Positions 40,711 through 52,128 of a DNA stretch of 64,000 nucleotides are shown one piece after another (position 1 is the first letter of the stretch; the number at the start of each line of letters is the position of its first letter). Below the pieces are notes generated by a model. That model saw only the letters and a list, made by a program, of their open reading frames with translations, did no database searches and had not been told where the DNA came from. Made by a program: the position numbers and the translations under genes. Origin of the DNA: Corallochytrium limacisporum Hawaii (taxonomy: Eukaryota; Protista; Pluriformea); NCBI GenBank assembly GCA_002811645.1, contig PDIP01000014.1, positions 121,633-185,632 on the forward strand. Reading direction: 5' to 3'.

Positions 40711-42816
40711 CTATAGTATGTCAGCCAATTGTTCAGGCGTCCGAGAAAGGACCCGCTCTGGGACCTTGTAGGCATTGGCTGGATCGTGAACTGCTCTGTA
40801 GAGGATGCTGTAATTGCTCTTGACCTCTTGGCGAATTTCACCCATGACTTCCTGTTTCAGGCGCGATGACAGGATGCGTTGTAGGCGATCGCTCAAACCT
40901 GCGGCCAGGCATCGTTCAAGGGCCGATCCTGCAAGCTGGACATCGGATGGATTGAAGTCATTCTCCGAGGCCAAAGGAGTCTGCACTCCTTCTTGTATGC
41001 GCTTCTCGATGCGCAACACCTTGTTCTTTACATTGCCATGTGCAAGCGCGGCTTGAACTTCCTCGGTAATGAGTGTACGTGAGTACAGCTTACCCATCTC
41101 TTGGAGTTTTTCCGTTTGTTTCTGTGCACTGTCGTAGAGTGAGAGAGTGCTCTGGATCGAATGAATGCAGTTCAACATGTACACCGCAGTGTCTGATGGG
41201 CCTAAGTTGCTGGCTGCATACCGAGAGGCATCAATGATCCGGGGAACCACTGCCTGCACAATTTCGTTAGCCTCTTGATCTCGTTCTTTCGTGGGGAGGA
41301 TAGACTTGTCATTCTGGTCAAGTAGCTCGTTGACTGTCTTCAAGACGTCGTAGACCGCGTTTACCGGCATGAGGTTCATATTGGGTGGGTCCACATCTTT
41401 CATAACATTGTCTACTATAGACGACAGTTCAAACTGAAATCTCTCCTTGCTCTTGACATAGAGTTCAAAAACAACGTCCAGAAAGCGACCACCTTCCCCA
41501 GCCGCAGACACAATTGATCCATAGTAGAAGTTAAGGATGTGTGAAATCTTGTAAATGGCGACCAGGCTCAGTTCCGATTGGAGGATCTGATCAACACGCA
41601 CTCTCAGCGCCCTAGCAAGTCCTGCAGCTATGCTTTGCAGAACACGATTCCTAGCTTCCAGTACATCCTCATCTTTCGTGAATGATATATGCAGAATTGG
41701 ACGTCCATCTGCATCCCGGGGAACATCTGAAGCAGCATGCGTAAATGTTTCAGGAGTATTAATATGGTTCTGGTAGCGTTGGCCAGCCAAAGACATATCC
41801 AAACCCATTTGTGATGATCGTTTCCGGATGCGGCGAAGCGGACTCTGATCCTCATCCGCAGCCAGCGCGAGAGCCGTGAGCATATCCCGCTCGCCCTCAA
41901 TTGTCTGATGAACCCAAGCCAACATGTCTCCGAGATAACGGACCGGGTCGCTAGAATGGATTTCAATCGGTCTTGTAGATCGGTCCCCTCGTGTTAAGGC
42001 ATCAATAAAGCCATAGTAAACCGAGTCATATCGGGCACTGGCATAAGCATTGAAGCATTTTGCCAATAGCTTTTCTCGCTCGGATACTGAGACCAATGCC
42101 TTCTTCATCAACGGTGGGATCTCCGGATCGTCGCCCATGGTACTGCATACCCCTATGCAATATGCTTCGATCTTTCGAGCGGCTTGCTGTTCAAGGTCAT
42201 CTGTGACGCCAATAATGTCATCGCTAACCTGATGATATTTTCCCTTCCTGAGAAGTTTGCTGTCCTGTCTGACCTTTCGAACGGATTGGAGTGCAGAAAT
42301 GAGCTCATCGGTGACTTCTACCTCTGGGTTCATGATGCAGTCCATCTCTTGCTCACTGATAACAAAGAATTCTAGAAATCGGGATGCCACAATAGTCTGA
42401 CCTTCTTGGCGTTCGGACTGATTCTGGAGTTCCGTAGTCTTCCTGATCAACGCTGACGTGTCAGTAAGCGTGCGATCTATCCGCTTTTTCATTGCCTCAC
42501 AATACTCACGCATATCTTGAGCTGCAGTGCTCATTTCTTTCAGCGTCTGCATGAGCCCATCGAAGTCCTCCAAAATACCCTCGTTGACGTCGACAGCCTG
42601 TTTCTCAATTGCACCCCTGACATCTCGCTTTGCAGCTGGTCCTTCTCCATCGGAGGGCAGGGTGGAAATGTACTGTAGTAAACTTGTGAACTGGGGATCT
42701 GTTTCCCAGTTTGACGACCGTAACTTCTCAACCTTTCTCGTCAACGGATTGGTACTCGTCGTGTTTGCAACTGCACTTTGCCGGGCTTGTCCGGCCCTGA
42801 CACCGGACTCGGCCAT
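40711..42816 (-). CDS. COG6: Conserved oligomeric Golgi complex subunit 6
   Basis: NPLTRKVEK, RDVRGAIEK, FIDALTRG...RPIEIHSSDPVRYLGDMLAWVHQ, LARALRVRVDQIL, VYMLNC, RTPEQL. Start placed at the ATG at 42816. Confidence 0.95.
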   Translation of the reverse strand: MAESGVRAGQARQSAVANTTSTNPLTRKVEKLRSSNWETDPQFTSLLQYISTLPSDGEGPAAKRDVRGAIEKQAVDVNEGILEDFDGLMQTLKEMSTAAQDMREYCEAMKKRIDRTLTDTSALIRKTTELQNQSERQEGQTIVASRFLEFFVISEQEMDCIMNPEVEVTDELISALQSVRKVRQDSKLLRKGKYHQVSDDIIGVTDDLEQQAARKIEAYCIGVCSTMGDDPEIPPLMKKALVSVSEREKLLAKCFNAYASARYDSVYYGFIDALTRGDRSTRPIEIHSSDPVRYLGDMLAWVHQTIEGERDMLTALALAADEDQSPLRRIRKRSSQMGLDMSLAGQRYQNHINTPETFTHAASDVPRDADGRPILHISFTKDEDVLEARNRVLQSIAAGLARALRVRVDQILQSELSLVAIYKISHILNFYYGSIVSAAGEGGRFLDVVFELYVKSKERFQFELSSIVDNVMKDVDPPNMNLMPVNAVYDVLKTVNELLDQNDKSILPTKERDQEANEIVQAVVPRIIDASRYAASNLGPSDTAVYMLNCIHSIQSTLSLYDSAQKQTEKLQEMGKLYSRTLITEEVQAALAHGNVKNKVLRIEKRIQEGVQTPLASENDFNPSDVQLAGSALERCLAAGLSDRLQRILSSRLKQEVMGEIRQEVKSNYSILYRAVHDPANAYKVPERVLSRTPEQLADIL

Positions 42817-43455
42817 AGTGTGTTGATACAATATCCGATATTTTTCTTTTTAAGAATTCACATTGCAGCTAAACTGAATCTCCCGGCTTACCGATCAAGG
42901 TCTTGAACCGCATCAAGCTGCAGGTACTGTCACACCATCGCTAGTGATACGAGAGTGGCCAAGGGGTCCAAAGTACCCCCAGGGCCCACTAGCTCCCCCT
43001 GGGCGGGGGTTGGCCTGGGAGTTCCCACTGTCTCGGAACCCATAACACAAGGCGGTTAGTGAGACTGTGATTACACTAATCAATATTTTCAAATTGTTTA
43101 ATTCTTTTTCCCCCACCGGAAAAACTGAGGCTATGGTGGCTGCTTCGTAAAAGTTACCGGCCAGGCGTTTTACTATCGGCCTGAAGGTACGATTTCGCGC
43201 CCGCTTCCCCACCACCTCTGAAACCACGGCCGCAGCGCAACGGTTGCACGAACCGCGCCTTAGCAGGGAAAGGTCGTGGAGCTCCATATTTCAGAAATAT
43301 GGTACTGGTATATGTCGCTGTTAAGCACTGTCTGTACCGAGTGAGATATACTAAAGTGTACCGGCTTCGACCCAAATGATATTACCATGAGATGCGACAC
43401 ATACGCAGTGCGTGAAACAGACATGACATGATCCGTTCGCATGTAAGTGATCACA

Positions 43456-46377
43456 ATGTCAAATGGAGGCCAACCTCCACCGAGGAATGTAGGAGCGGAC
43501 CCTAGCCAGGATCCGAATCTGGGTTCCAATAGAGATCCAAATATTGGATTCAACGCTCCCGGAATAGATCGACAGAGGGCCTTTTTTAGTGCTAGTGTCC
43601 TTGATCCTTACAAGCAATATGGTAACGAGATTTCCGCAGGTCAAGGCGGCTTTCCAACAACACTTGGGGGGTATAGGCCAGGATTAAACCCACAGCAGTC
43701 CCCAATACAACAGCAGCAGTATGGACAATTCGGAGATCCCTCTTGGCAAGGATTACCACAACAACCCGCTGGCTTTCCACCGCTTCATTTCGGGCATGAG
43801 AATCCTCAATCGACTGCTGCAGGCCAGCAGGGATTTAGTGCATTACAAGGAACATTTGATACGCAATGGGACAATCTAGTCGGTAGTGTGGGACAGCCCG
43901 CCTATGGCGGGGCAGGCTTCGGATATCAAGAGTTTAGCATGGCAGGACCGCCACCAGGACCACCATCAGGACCACCACAAGCTGAACCTGGCACTCGAGC
44001 TCACCCTCAGCCGGAGTTTATGTCACAAACACCAAATCCTATGCTGCAAAGCGCTCAATCCCAACTAAACGCTGATTTCACTCAACTGGCATCGTCGTTG
44101 CCTTCACCAAACCGGACCTTGGGGAAATCATTCGGTCTGTCAGACTTCAATCCGGTGAAGATGTCCTCCCCCGTGCAACTAGGGGCATTGGGGAAGACAT
44201 CTCCTCTATTTCCCCCAAGTCAGCAGCCTGGTTTGGGGCTCGAGTCTGTAGAACCGAGTTTTACGTTAGATTCTTCGTCTCTGCCGCCAGAACAACCTGA
44301 CAAGAGTCAAGATACATCCTTGGAAGGTGACCTCTTCAAACAGTTCGGGGAGCTTTTACCGGTGAAGAGCCCCGCGAAGGAAGAACCACCCTTAGACACA
44401 ATACGGGCCAAAATGTTCAAATTTGAGTTTGGACCGCACCAAGACATCAAGTTTTCGCGATCATCCCGCATGGCTCGGGCCAAGGCAAGTCGAAACGCAA
44501 CCGGAATCGTGCGCATGGCCCAAGATAAAGGACCAGGCATAGAGATTGATCAATGCATTTTCTGGGCGTTGGTGTACAGCTCGAAGCGTAGGAAAGAATT
44601 GCCACGCCCCAGTAATAGTAACCTTGTGACCGCACGTACCCTTGCCTGGGCATTCGTGTACAACGTAGCATTGATTCGACCCAATCCCCACTCAATCGAG
44701 CTGGATATCCGGCTGTACGTCGAGCTGGGATACTTTTTGGCAGCGACAGGATACCTCCGGGCAATCATTGGTGACAACGAGGAGCTGACCCAGGATGACC
44801 TGACTCTTCTTCGTCGCCGATATGTGCTCGATTTGTACGCAATGCTGAAGTATATTTTAGCAAACGGCGGGTTCACAGCGTTCAGGGTAAAGTCGAAATG
44901 GCAAAAGATGTTGGAAGACTTCATGGTAAATCAGCCCATCAAAGACGGTGATTGGCAACTGATTGAGCTCTGGGGCAATGGCATTCTAAAACCGTTCTGG
45001 TTTTGGTTGTCCGCAAAGAACCCAGTTCGTGGGGACTCTCTTGATAGAAGAGATGGCGAAACGGGGGAAGAAGACACAAAGCCTGAGAAGATTGAAGACC
45101 CTCCGGAACTTAGCGAGCCTGAGGAGGATGACGAAGGACCAATTAAAAAGGCACGGCTTGATCTGCTCGGTGCGGCCACCACTGGTGACGTCAACGGAAT
45201 TGATGTTCACGATTTACCACTCGAGCTGGCGCCTGCGGAATGCATCCGAAGGGAACGCACGCGTGCGGTCGACTTCAGTTCGGTACCAATCAGAGACATC
45301 GTGCTGAGCCTGAAAAGCGATCTATTTGTTGAAAGTGGACAGGCTTTGGATGTACTAGCCATGTCTCTCTCCGACCCAGAGGTTCGCACAAAAGGTCATT
45401 TTGACGTCGCCTCGGTAATTTTCCACCTCTTGCGCCACTATGCTGCATATGCTTTGCTTTGGGAGCCGTACGAAGTTGAGGGCCAGCAGTTGTTTAAGGA
45501 CTTCAGTCGTGCTCAAGAGCTTGCGAAGCAGCTTCGGAAGGACCTCCCTCCGGCAAACACAAGTGCTGATATTCTTAGGGACCGTCTCATTATCATCATT
45601 TCACAGCTAGAATATGCAACCCGAAAGACTGCACAGCGCATCAAATTGGTGACGAATCGCTGGGCAATGGCTGTGGTGACACATTCCCTCCTCGTTCTTG
45701 GTCCAACACATGGACCGGCTGCGAGATTTAGTCGTCAGATTTGTGTTAACCTAGCACCCAGCATACTGAACGAGGACAAAATGATTCGCCACTATTTGCA
45801 GTCCATAACCAAGAAATTTGCGGAAATGTTCACCATGGAGAAGTATCGTGACATCATTTTCTGCAATCGTCATGCGAATAGGGACGAGGTCAAAGACGTC
45901 ACGGACATTGTCAAGTTCTTAAGTGAAGCATCCCTGCACGGTGTGATCGGTAGTCTATGGTCAACGAGCCAGCAGGATCAGATTCTGGCAAAAGATGTTC
46001 TCAATTCTGTAATCGCCCTACTAAATCACGAGGATGAGGCCTGGAGTGAATGGGCTCTGCTCACCCTATACAATGAGATCGATGCAGGGGAACTAGGCTT
46101 TGCCCCCACTAGCCAGCTCAACCGCATTCGCAGCTTTGTAGCACAGCATAAGGGCCATGGCGTTGCACTCGTTCGACGCGCGACGGAACTACATGGTGGG
46201 CCAAGGTGGATCATCCGGGCACTCGATTGCATACTTACTCTTCTCGATAGTGACAGCCAACGCTTGTGGGGGGAGATTTCGGCACGGTTGTCGGCCGTAA
46301 CAACTTTGTTGGCGCTGCCTGATGAAGAAATCCACGAGCGAGTGGCGAGGATCAGTCTCGTACTCGCAAGCGAATGA
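43456..46377 (+). CDS. ARID1/BAF250 (SWI1/osa)-like SWI/SNF subunit, compact and divergent
   Basis: Q/P/G low-complexity N-terminus. LTLLRRRYVLDLYAM resembles the last ARID helix (SLKKQY...LYAFE). IRDIVLSLKSDLFVESGQALDVL matches the BAF250_C start (RVMMSLKSGLLAESTWALD). ARM-like C-terminus. Start placed at the ATG at 43456 (tcacaATG). Confidence 0.7.
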   Translation: MSNGGQPPPRNVGADPSQDPNLGSNRDPNIGFNAPGIDRQRAFFSASVLDPYKQYGNEISAGQGGFPTTLGGYRPGLNPQQSPIQQQQYGQFGDPSWQGLPQQPAGFPPLHFGHENPQSTAAGQQGFSALQGTFDTQWDNLVGSVGQPAYGGAGFGYQEFSMAGPPPGPPSGPPQAEPGTRAHPQPEFMSQTPNPMLQSAQSQLNADFTQLASSLPSPNRTLGKSFGLSDFNPVKMSSPVQLGALGKTSPLFPPSQQPGLGLESVEPSFTLDSSSLPPEQPDKSQDTSLEGDLFKQFGELLPVKSPAKEEPPLDTIRAKMFKFEFGPHQDIKFSRSSRMARAKASRNATGIVRMAQDKGPGIEIDQCIFWALVYSSKRRKELPRPSNSNLVTARTLAWAFVYNVALIRPNPHSIELDIRLYVELGYFLAATGYLRAIIGDNEELTQDDLTLLRRRYVLDLYAMLKYILANGGFTAFRVKSKWQKMLEDFMVNQPIKDGDWQLIELWGNGILKPFWFWLSAKNPVRGDSLDRRDGETGEEDTKPEKIEDPPELSEPEEDDEGPIKKARLDLLGAATTGDVNGIDVHDLPLELAPAECIRRERTRAVDFSSVPIRDIVLSLKSDLFVESGQALDVLAMSLSDPEVRTKGHFDVASVIFHLLRHYAAYALLWEPYEVEGQQLFKDFSRAQELAKQLRKDLPPANTSADILRDRLIIIISQLEYATRKTAQRIKLVTNRWAMAVVTHSLLVLGPTHGPAARFSRQICVNLAPSILNEDKMIRHYLQSITKKFAEMFTMEKYRDIIFCNRHANRDEVKDVTDIVKFLSEASLHGVIGSLWSTSQQDQILAKDVLNSVIALLNHEDEAWSEWALLTLYNEIDAGELGFAPTSQLNRIRSFVAQHKGHGVALVRRATELHGGPRWIIRALDCILTLLDSDSQRLWGEISARLSAVTTLLALPDEEIHERVARISLVLASE

Positions 46378-46593
46378 GAAAGACTTCTGTAACAAAATTT
46401 ATATATGGAACCGCAGTGGGTCTATTAAATACATTTATGTCATGGATAAAAATGCTGGTAGGTAATGTGAGTATCTATGGGTGCTCTCCTAGGCGCACCA
46501 AGCGATGGACGAGCCCGAAGAAGGAAAATCCCGGTCACGCGTGACATGGACCCGTTGCCAGTTTTGGTGATTTTACTTTTTCTACCGAACTGA

Positions 46594-47733
46594 TTAGTAG
46601 TTCAGGGTATTGTCAATGGCATCCAACAGGCGGAACTTGTTGGGCATGTAGAAGGGCTCAAAGACAAGAGGGAAGGGAGTGTCGTATCCAGTTACTCGGG
46701 AGACAGGGGCCTCAAGGTGGAGGAAGCACTTGGATTGGATCTTGGCGGCAATCTCAGCAGCAAATCCGCCAGTCAGGGGAGCTTCATGAGTGACGATAAG
46801 ACGACCAGTCTTCATCACGCTCTTCTCGATGGTCTCGCTATCCCAAGGCAGAATGGTGCGGAGATCGATGATCTCAATGCTGCAGCCATGCTTCTTCTCA
46901 GCTTCCTCAGCAGCCAAACGCACAGTGTTCAGCTGATGCCCCCACGCAACCATGGTCAAGTCATCGCCCTCCTTGAGCACCTCCGCCTTGCCCAACTCAA
47001 TCTCGTAGTCACCCACGGGGACGTCCTCAGTGGCAGCACGGTAAAGAATCTTGGGCTCCATGAACACAACAGGGTTCTTATCCCGAACAGAGGCTAGCAG
47101 GAGACCCTTGGCCTGAATTGGTCCGCGAGGAATGACAATCTTCAGACCGGGGGTGTGAGCAAAGTAAGCCTCGGGGCTCTGGCTGTGATAATGACCACCA
47201 TGTCCGACAGCACCGCAAGGCATGCGGAACGTCAGAGAACCGCAGTCAAACAAATTACCAGAACGGTACCGGTATTTAGCAGCTTCGTTGACAATCTGAT
47301 CGAAGGCAGGGAATACGTAGTCAGCGAACTGGATCTCTGCAATGGCAGTGCAGCCACCAGTGGCCAGACCGATGCCGAACCCAGCAATACCCTGTTCACA
47401 GAGGGGAGTGTTGAAGACACGGTGCTTTCCATGCTTGCTAGCCAAGTCCATTGTGCAACGGAACACACCACCGAACGCAACATCCTCACCAAAAACACAG
47501 GTGGTGGGATCAGTTGACAGAGAAATATCCATGGCGTTATTGATAGCCTGGAAAAGGTTCATCTGCTTGGTCTCTCCGAGGTCCTTAAGGCCCATTTCTT
47601 CCGCAGTCATGGGGTGATAAGAGATGGTGCCAGCTACCCGAGCGCTGGTGTGGAACTGTGACTGCTTTGCGGACGCAGCGACACGTTGGCCGACCTGGCC
47701 AAAGATACGCCGACTGGCATTTGCGAGCACCAT
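46594..47733 (-). CDS. BCKDHB: Branched-chain 2-oxoacid dehydrogenase E1 beta subunit, mitochondrial
   Basis: [78 protein letters not shown] presequence starts at the ATG at 47733. Confidence 0.97.
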   Translation of the reverse strand: MVLANASRRIFGQVGQRVAASAKQSQFHTSARVAGTISYHPMTAEEMGLKDLGETKQMNLFQAINNAMDISLSTDPTTCVFGEDVAFGGVFRCTMDLASKHGKHRVFNTPLCEQGIAGFGIGLATGGCTAIAEIQFADYVFPAFDQIVNEAAKYRYRSGNLFDCGSLTFRMPCGAVGHGGHYHSQSPEAYFAHTPGLKIVIPRGPIQAKGLLLASVRDKNPVVFMEPKILYRAATEDVPVGDYEIELGKAEVLKEGDDLTMVAWGHQLNTVRLAAEEAEKKHGCSIEIIDLRTILPWDSETIEKSVMKTGRLIVTHEAPLTGGFAAEIAAKIQSKCFLHLEAPVSRVTGYDTPFPLVFEPFYMPNKFRLLDAIDNTLNY

Positions 47734-50374
47734 TGTGAATTGAAATGTGTCTGTAGAACAACAAACCGTGCCGACTTCTATCTCTATCGATACAGCCAAC
47801 TTTCATATCACCAACACCTCTGCTTGAGTTAGAATCTACGGATGAAATAGGTGATTTTGTTTCACACTGTCAACTGACCGCCCAGGGCACTGAAATCTGC
47901 GGTATCGACAGTCCTGCAAGAGAGCCGCCATATGTGGCGCTGCTGTCCATATTGAACGTTACGGATCAGCAGGCACCGATTGCGGAGGCAACACACAGAA
48001 ACAATTAAAGAAGTGGCAGTGAAAGAACACACAGTAACAGTTAGCTACCCCTTTTTTCCGCTTTGCCATCCCACTTCCCACGGAGTTTTTATTTGTGTGT
48101 TCAAATTGCCCCCCCCCTTCCTTCCTCTCTTCTACAGCAAATCTCCCAAAAATGGTCCACGCAAGACTGCGCAGTGCCCAGCGTGCTGCCCCCCACCCTT
48201 ACTGCGCTGCCCGGAGCCGAAAGAGAAAGCGAGGAACGAGTGTGAGAAAAAGCCTTGCACCCCGGGTGGAAAGTTTCAAGCGTCAGAACAGAGCCTGCGA
48301 ACTGCAAGGTGCACACAACTCCTCTTGCGGCTCTGAAACTGCGAGAGCACACGGCCACAGCACTCCCTCTTGGGTAAATCCTTCCAACTCCGCAACAGAT
48401 GCTGGGCCCAGTTGGTTTGTTTCCCTGGGTGCATGCACACCAACACCCAGCCCTACCACACACGCACCGGCCCTTGCTGGGACACCCCCCCCACACAGGT
48501 CGCACCCACTTCTTCCTTCGGCCGCACCACAGAGAAGCTGATCCCCGCGCACCCCGAAGGGAAGAAGAAACTCTACCCAGGACCGTGCGGAGGCAAAGGT
48601 GGTAGCAGTTGTAAATCCCAGGTGTCTTCTTCTCTCTCCTGGTTTATTTTGCACAGGTGGTGGTGGATACGGTGAGCTCTCCTCGCTTCGGTTGCACAGC
48701 TCGTGACTTTTCCTGTTTGTTGGGCCAGCCGTAGAGCCCATGTGTACCAGCCCGGAGACAAAACGCGATGAACGAGGCCATAGATTTGATAAGGACCTCC
48801 GAATGCACCTCTCTCGGAATCGGCAGGACGGCAGTGGATACGGCCGCCCGGCTGGTTTTGTTTGGGTGGCAGACCGGGGGGGGGGAGGGAGCGCAGTCCG
48901 AACCAAATGGAACAGTACTTTTTGGTTTCGAATCGAGGGAATAATGCGGGAGCTCCCCGGAAGGGAGGGGGTGCTGTGGCAGTACGCAAAACGCAAGGGT
49001 TCGAAAGCGAATTGCTTCTGCTGCTACGCGCTCTCTCGGTCCAGGGGACATCGATTTTCGGCCTACTACAGCGGTTACCGTTTTCCCACTGCACAATGCA
49101 GTGTATTTAATAGGGCATTCCAACGACAAGGAAATGAGGGGACCTTTGTACAAATGCGCCAGTGGGGAAATTTTCCCACATTAAGCCCATTGTGTACAGG
49201 TCGGCGGTCGGCTAATCCACGACGTTTTCCACTATCGAGGGGCTTTGCAAAGCCACATTGTAGGCCCGACGAGACGTGCCAAAAGAAGGGACCGAGGTCA
49301 AGCCGGCGTACGTCATCCTCGCAAGCAATCCGATGCATCCTTCGGTCGCTCTTTACCCATTTCAAGATTTGGGAGACGGTTTGGGCGACTATTTTGTAGT
49401 CGACGACTTGGCGGGCAGCACTGCCGCTAGCGTGTATCCGTGAATGCCTGCAAAGTCGCGTGTACAACTCGTCCACAACGTTACCTCAGCCCACAAGAGG
49501 ACGGAATGACATAAAGTCAGGGCATGCAGAACCGGCATGAATCATCGTCCAAGGAACCACACACGAAGCACTCCCATAGGCACACAGTAAACCCGACAGG
49601 CAAGGCCTGAGGTTCCAAATTGATCGACTGCTGCAAGCCCCGCGCTGCAGTACTGGAAAATATTGATTAATTTTCAGATCGGCCTCGCTGTGGAAAACAA
49701 TTTTGGACTCCCCCTTCCCTCCAAATTTTTTAGTGGGTGCTGGCTCGTGGAGCGCATTGTTGAGCTAAAAATACCATTGAACGCGTCCGGACTGATACCG
49801 AGTTCATTTTCTTTGGGACCGCTTATCTATAGAAAATGTACTGACAACGGCTGCAGCTAGCGGGATGATTGGTTTGGCTACGCGTCGAACACACAATTCC
49901 TTGAGGCAGATCTCTCTGCTGGGTAGGTTCTGGGGGAAGGATTCATAGCTTCTCTTCATCCCCTGACCACTGAGTATAACCGTCGAAGGAAGGAGGGGTG
50001 TAGCGAAAAAGCCACTTCTGAGGGACGAGTCGGGGCGCATCTACACCCCAAAAAAGCATCATCGGCGCCTCGAAGCATCTTGCGCAGAATTTAGAGCCAG
50101 CAAGTGACTTCCTAGTCGGATTGGCATGCCAATGAATGGCAGAATGCAACAGTCTATTCTGGAACACTATTAGCGCGAACTGCTATTGGGCGCGGTGTGG
50201 TAAGGGAACGAATAGCATTCCACTGTATACCGTGCCATGATTCATTGCGCAGGGAGTAACAAAAGGCCAAGCCCACACACGAGAAATGCAACAACAACAA
50301 GTCACAGAGCATCATGCCCGCATACTACTTGCTGGAAAAGCCAAAAAGTCATCTGGTCCGACCCGGATGAAAAC

Positions 50375-50380
50375 TTTATT
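50375..50380 (-). terminator. Putative polyadenylation signal (AATAAA) of MEF2
   Basis: AATAAA on the minus strand about 35 nt after the MEF2 stop, preceded by TGTA repeats. Confidence 0.5.
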
Positions 50381-50414
50381 CCGTTTTTTTACATACATAC
50401 AGATACATATTCAT

Positions 50415-50891
50415 TTACCGACCCTGCTTGACCTGAGCCATCATCTCATCGAAGGCCTTACTCACGGCATCGTATTTGTCCTGGTCTTCAGGTTTGATGT
50501 CAAGGTCTTCTTCGTCATCTTCCTCTTCCTCATCGTCCGCGTAACGAGCACTCCGGCCAGCAGACTTACCCTTGCGCGACGCTGCGCTTCCGTTCTGGGG
50601 CGGAGGCTCCTTGCCCTCTTTTTTGTTCACAATCCTTGCAATGTCATCGTTGTTTCTGCTCTCAGTGGGTTCTGAGAAGTCTGTGTACTTCAGCAAAATT
50701 TTGTCCATATCTGATGACGCATATTGAAAGAGTTTGTTTTGTGCGTTGAAGATGATTAGTGCCACTTCGCAGTCGCAAAGGACACTAAGCTCATACGCCT
50801 TCTTTAACAAACCAAGTTTCCTCTTCGTGAAGGTTACCTGTCTGTTACGTTCATTATCAATACGCTTGATAGCGATCTTCTTTCGCCCCAT
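50415..50891 (-). CDS. MEF2: MEF2-type MADS-box transcription factor (short, 158 aa)
   Basis: [49 protein letters not shown] plus the MEF2 domain [26 protein letters not shown]. Confidence 0.96.
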   Translation of the reverse strand: MGRKKIAIKRIDNERNRQVTFTKRKLGLLKKAYELSVLCDCEVALIIFNAQNKLFQYASSDMDKILLKYTDFSEPTESRNNDDIARIVNKKEGKEPPPQNGSAASRKGKSAGRSARYADDEEEEDDEEDLDIKPEDQDKYDAVSKAFDEMMAQVKQGR

Positions 50892-52128
50892 ATTGAATGA
50901 TTATTTGAAGTCTTGGTGGCCAAAGGTACTTGGAGCACGTCGGCGTGAGCAGTTGGTATTTTGTTCCCACACCGTTCCAAATTAATTCAATACAATGCAC
51001 CCTTTTCATACGTGAAACTGTTACAATTCGAAGACAACGATAGATTTGTTACAAAAGCTCATTCAATAATTTACAAACCCGCGAGCGCCACTGGACGGCA
51101 CAGTGCTTGACTTTGTTGCACTAGGTGCCTTACTCGACGGAAACGAGGTACTTACCCGAGGCTGATTTAAAACCCCCTCCTCACCATCGGAGGGCGGAGC
51201 AGGGGTGGCCCCCTTGCCCCGTACTTGTGAATGAATTCACATCCCTCGCTCGGCCTTCGTATCGCCGGCAACTGGGTGGCAATACCCCGGACATTTTCGA
51301 ACCACACCGAGCGTCGTTTCTGCGATCAGTTCTTCGACCAAGCTGTCAAACTTCGGTGTATTTCAAATGCTAATCGGAGTTAGTAGAGCATTGGCCGAGG
51401 GGCAAACGTCCTTCAACGGACCTTCGCACCAAAACGACGGGATAAACGAGGAATAATGATTACGTCTTGCGTTTGAAAGTGTAGGTGAATTGATACTGAA
51501 ACGACCGACTTTTTCTACCTCCTCGCGTTGTCGGAAGGGAAAAAGTCTGCTGGAGCGAGAAATGGGAGAGGAGGGCCAATTCGTTGCTAAAAATAGACCA
51601 CATGGGCGACTCTGCGTTAAGTCTGCACACTTGACGGTTGGGCAGGGCAAGGTATACTTCTAGGCCCCGGTTAGGAATTGCGTTTTGTTGGGTAGTTCCA
51701 TGGTACCGTACAGCAGAGTCACGGTCGACAGGACAATGCGAGCCCGTCATTTGCTCACTGTGGTTGAACCGAGCATGTCTCAAAATGGCGGCGCCATGTC
51801 GCCCGCACCCAAAAAGTGCGCAGACATTATTGATTGATACAACTGACCAAAAATATTGATTTGAAGCCAAAATATGGAAAAATACGAAAATACGAAGCGG
51901 AGGATTTTGAGGGGATGACGCCTATATCCAGGAGCCGTATTGAGGAGGGTTCCGAATAGCCAAGGTCGCTACGGACTGTACCAGTCTCCTGATCCGGACC
52001 AAATGATGGAGTCCGCCGAGGTATTTTGAAGAATTGAGCGAGGGGCCGCCTAATATTCGCACTAGTAAGTAAGACAGACCTACCGCTCACGAGCCTAATT
52101 TACGTAGACGTGTAAGTAACTATTAGAG

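Noticed and set aside
46534-46545. Perfect 12-bp palindrome GTCACGCGTGAC
   Set aside because: Several 6-bp-arm palindromes are expected by chance in 64 kb.
48283-49476. Overlapping 130-237-aa ORFs on both strands (also 62024-62797 and 14791-15375)
   Set aside because: Composition typical of GC-rich or low-complexity non-coding DNA, non-ATG or poor starts, no domain motifs.
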